From contig NC_068986.1 in the NCBI RefSeq assembly GCF_001194135.2, positions 76,375,186 through 76,439,185 of the forward strand: 64,000 nt of DNA. The letters are read 5' to 3'. Origin of the DNA: Octopus bimaculoides. Lineage: Eukaryota. The notes beneath the pieces are model-generated. The model ran no database searches. It had not been told where the DNA came from and was given only the letters and a program-made list of their open reading frames with translations. The translations under genes were made by a program, and so were the position numbers. Shown in pieces: positions 60,956 through 64,000 of this stretch. Each line of letters begins with the position of its first letter. Positions within the stretch are counted from its first letter, which is position 1.

Positions 60956-62437
60956 TCATCATCATCATCATCGTCGTCGTCGTCGTTTAACGTCCACTTT
61001 CCATGCTAGCATGGGTTGCACGATTTGACTGAGGACTGGTGGACCAAGAGGCGACGCCAGGCTCCAATCTGATCTGGTAAGGTTTCTATAACTGGATGCC
61101 CTTCCTAACGCCAACCACTCCGAGAGTCTAGTGGGTGTTTTATGTGCCACCGGCATGAGGGCCAGTCAGGCGGTACTGGTGACGGCCAAGCTCGAAATGG
61201 TATATTTTACGTGCCACCTGTACAGGAGCCAGTCCATCGGCACTGGCAACAATCTCGCTCAAATGTCTTTTAACGTGCCACTGGTAACGATCAACGGCTA
61301 CGCTCGAAATGGTGTATTTTACGTGATATATATATATATATATATATATAGCAGAAAAGTTTTTCTGTTTAATTCAAACATTTCTCAGTTACAAAGTGCA
61401 ACAGTAATGATAAAAAATCAACCAGAGGTCCCTCATTGATTTAGTCTGGTCTAACTAAGTAATTTTATGATTATTGTTACAAAAATAAAAAGCTTTCCCC
61501 TCTTATATTTTTCTTTAGCAGACTTAGATTTTTTTCTCTAGTTTTACTTATTTTTCCATTGTTACATTTTCTTTCTCTTGCTATTTTTACTAATATTTAT
61601 TATTACAGCTGCTAACTTCTATAAATTTACAATGACCACTGCAGCTGCAACTTTCTCCCCTCCTGTGTGCACTATAATGATTTTGCCATTAAGTATCTGG
61701 AAATTCCTTTACTAAATTTTCCAAGATGTTTTGTTTTGAATCTCTTATGTGATTATTTGAAAGAACTATTCTGTTGTAAGGTGTATGTAAATACAAAGGA
61801 GATAATGACTCTTCTATGAATGTAAATACCCTGAGTTAATGGCGAGTCAGTAAATGTGGATTTGATCTTTATCACTCCACCTTACATTATCCTTTCTCCT
61901 TTCCAAATCTTGACAGTTGTAGGAATCAATGTAAAGAATGTATTTGCATTCTGAAGCTGTTTATTTATGTCTTGGAATTTTAAGTTCAACTTCTCTATCT
62001 TTTATCTTTTACTTGTTTCAGTTACTGGACTGCAGCCACACTCAGGCACTGCCTTGAAGTGTTTAGTTGAATGAACCGACCCCAGTACTTATTTTTAAAG
62101 TCTGGTACTTATTCTATCATTCTCTTTTGCCAAACTGCTAACGTACAGGGATGTAAATTAACCAACACCGGTTGCCAAGTGGTGGTAGAGGACAAACACA
62201 ACTCATACACATAGACACACCACACACATACCTTTGATCTTTTCCTCACACTGGGAGACTGTACCAACAAAGAATCTGTTATGTTGTTACTCAGCTTTTT
62301 GTACAACACATTTCACATTACCCATCTTCGTTTTGGAGTGGAAATCTTTTAGTTCCCTACATCATACATGTTAACACTGACTTACAGTAAACCCTAACTG
62401 ACACTCTTTATGCCCACATGTTTGCAGTCTGTTCTTA

Positions 62438-62630
62438 GACAAGTTCGCAGTCTGTTCTTGACAAAATTATAAGTATGGCATATCCAAAGTGCTAGATGTA
62501 GCATGACTTACAACCATTTTGATCTATGACAATCTCTCTATGACAAGTTTGCAGTCTGTTCTTAGACAAAATTAAAAGTATGGCATATCCAAACTGCTAG
62601 ATGTAGCATGACTTACAACCATTTTGATCT
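62438..62630. repeat. Direct tandem duplication of an ~88-bp segment
   Basis: 62438-62525 and 62542-62630 are near-identical (GACAAGTT.GCAGTCTGTTCTT...CCATTTTGATCT). A third 21-bp partial copy lies at 62420. Confidence 0.9.
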
Positions 62631-63729
62631 GCTGCTTCTGTGCTGTTGGTTTTTGTAAGTAGAATATTGTTAGCATGGATCCTTAATAGAGCAGCAAAAT
62701 AGCTAACTTTTCTCCTCGGCTGGTTTTCAAAGTTTCCTTCTCTTTCTAGTGACTGCAATTTTTTACTAAAGCTGCCAAGACACACTTTCCGCTACTGGTT
62801 GACTCTCTCTCTTTCTTTTTGTATGTTTTAAGCATCATATATGTTAATTACAAACTTAACGTTTGTTTTTCACCGTAGCTCCTCCCATGTTCACCATTCA
62901 CTGCATCCCCCCCCCTTCTGTCACTCATTCTTCTTTCACGCTCTTGCAAACTTTCCTACCCATTTGCCCTATATAATACTCTGTACCATTTCACTAATAT
63001 TCCCTTCCTTGTACCATGAGGGTATGTTCATTACCACCATCTGCTCTTTCCCTTTCTCTCCTCTCCAACTGGCATGACCATGTATCTCCTCTGCAGCCAA
63101 ACACCTTTTCCTGTCCCTGTAACATATACTTTAACTGCTCATCACCTGGCATAAAGCCACCTCCCTCATTACTACTTCCCCTCTCAGTTGAGGGGTCTTA
63201 GTCTTACAAGTTACTTCTGACTTTGCTGGTGCCATGTAAAATGTACTCAATACTCTCTGTAAAGTGACTGTCATTAGAAAGGGCATCCAGCCATTGAAAC
63301 CATTCCAAAGTAGACAGAGCTTGGTGCTGTCCTCTGGTTCACCAACTCCTGTCAAACCATTCAATTCATGTCAGCATTAAAAACAGACATTAAATGGTGA
63401 TAATGATGGTGGTGTTGGTGGCTCCTGCTGCTGCTCCTCCTCCTTATTCTCTCACTTTTTTTTTCTGTTTTGTCTCCCAGTAATTTATTCTTTAAAATTT
63501 AGAGATTTTGTGCACCAGTTTAATTACAATCTTGCTAAAAAAAGATTTTATATTTGAATGTCGTTAGGAGAACTGATCCCATATTTCATAGGAAGTCCTT
63601 CTTTTTTAGAAATAATACATTTCAAAATCTCCCAAAGAGATTTATGCAGTAGTGATACAATGAAGTAGTTGTATGCTGTCAACTTAATGTGACAGTCCAC
63701 TGAAGGGAATAATACTTGGTTAAACCTAG

Positions 63730-63994
63730 TGTTATATGGACTGTTAGATATGTAATTCGTCTGACGTTCCGTGTGTCATGTGGTTCGTCTGAGTTCATTG
63801 TTTCATTGTTGTTGTCTTGTGGGACTGTCGTAGTAAAAGGTCATTGATATATATATGGCGGACATGACTTTTGTTTATTCATAACGAACATTGGGTGAGT
63901 GCGTTCTTTGTATGTAATTGAACAATAAATGTAATAATTAAATTGTATAACTCGTTATGTTATCTCTGCGAGTCAGTCCGAGGGAAACATAACA
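63730..63994 (+). mobile_element. Solo LTR with 5-bp TSD (BEL/Pao- or Gypsy/Copia-type)
   Basis: CCTAG|TGTTAT...ATAACA|CCTAG (TSD at 63725-63729 and 63995-63999); 265 bp; AATAAA at ~63924; CpGs retained. Confidence 0.85.
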
Positions 63995-64000
63995 CCTAGG

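Overview
AT-rich, repeat-dense animal genomic DNA with several N gaps. The SINE/RTE-tail families look like Octopus (cephalopod) repeats; this is an inference from remembered sequence, not a search. (1) The + strand carries the last five coding exons of SMG6/EST1A (2107-2178, 13316-13466, 16762-16973, 17863-17944, 20691-20821). They splice in frame with GT-AG ends and encode a complete PIN nuclease domain with all four catalytic acidic motifs (PDTN, INELD, NNDD, TDDRN). A ~7 kb block free of recognisable SINEs follows and is probably a long 3' UTR. (2) A CpG-retaining domain (~40.7-47.3 kb) contains a probable first coding exon of a second + strand gene (42971-43037, PDZ/SYNJ2BP-like start). 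(3) The rest is transposon-derived: at least four SINE families, RTE and R4-like LINE fragments, Penelope-like remnants, several Tc1/mariner relics, piggyBac-like MITEs, a Helitron relic and two solo LTRs with intact TSDs. The most notable observations are a full-length 5S rRNA fused through A15 to a SINE body in place of its tRNA head (51448-51750), a core-intact minimal type I hammerhead ribozyme in the sense strand of an SMG6 intron (14323-14378), inverted SINE twins bracketing three PIN exons, and several fold-back hairpins. No prokaryote-type system, CRISPR array or genuine tRNA gene is supported.
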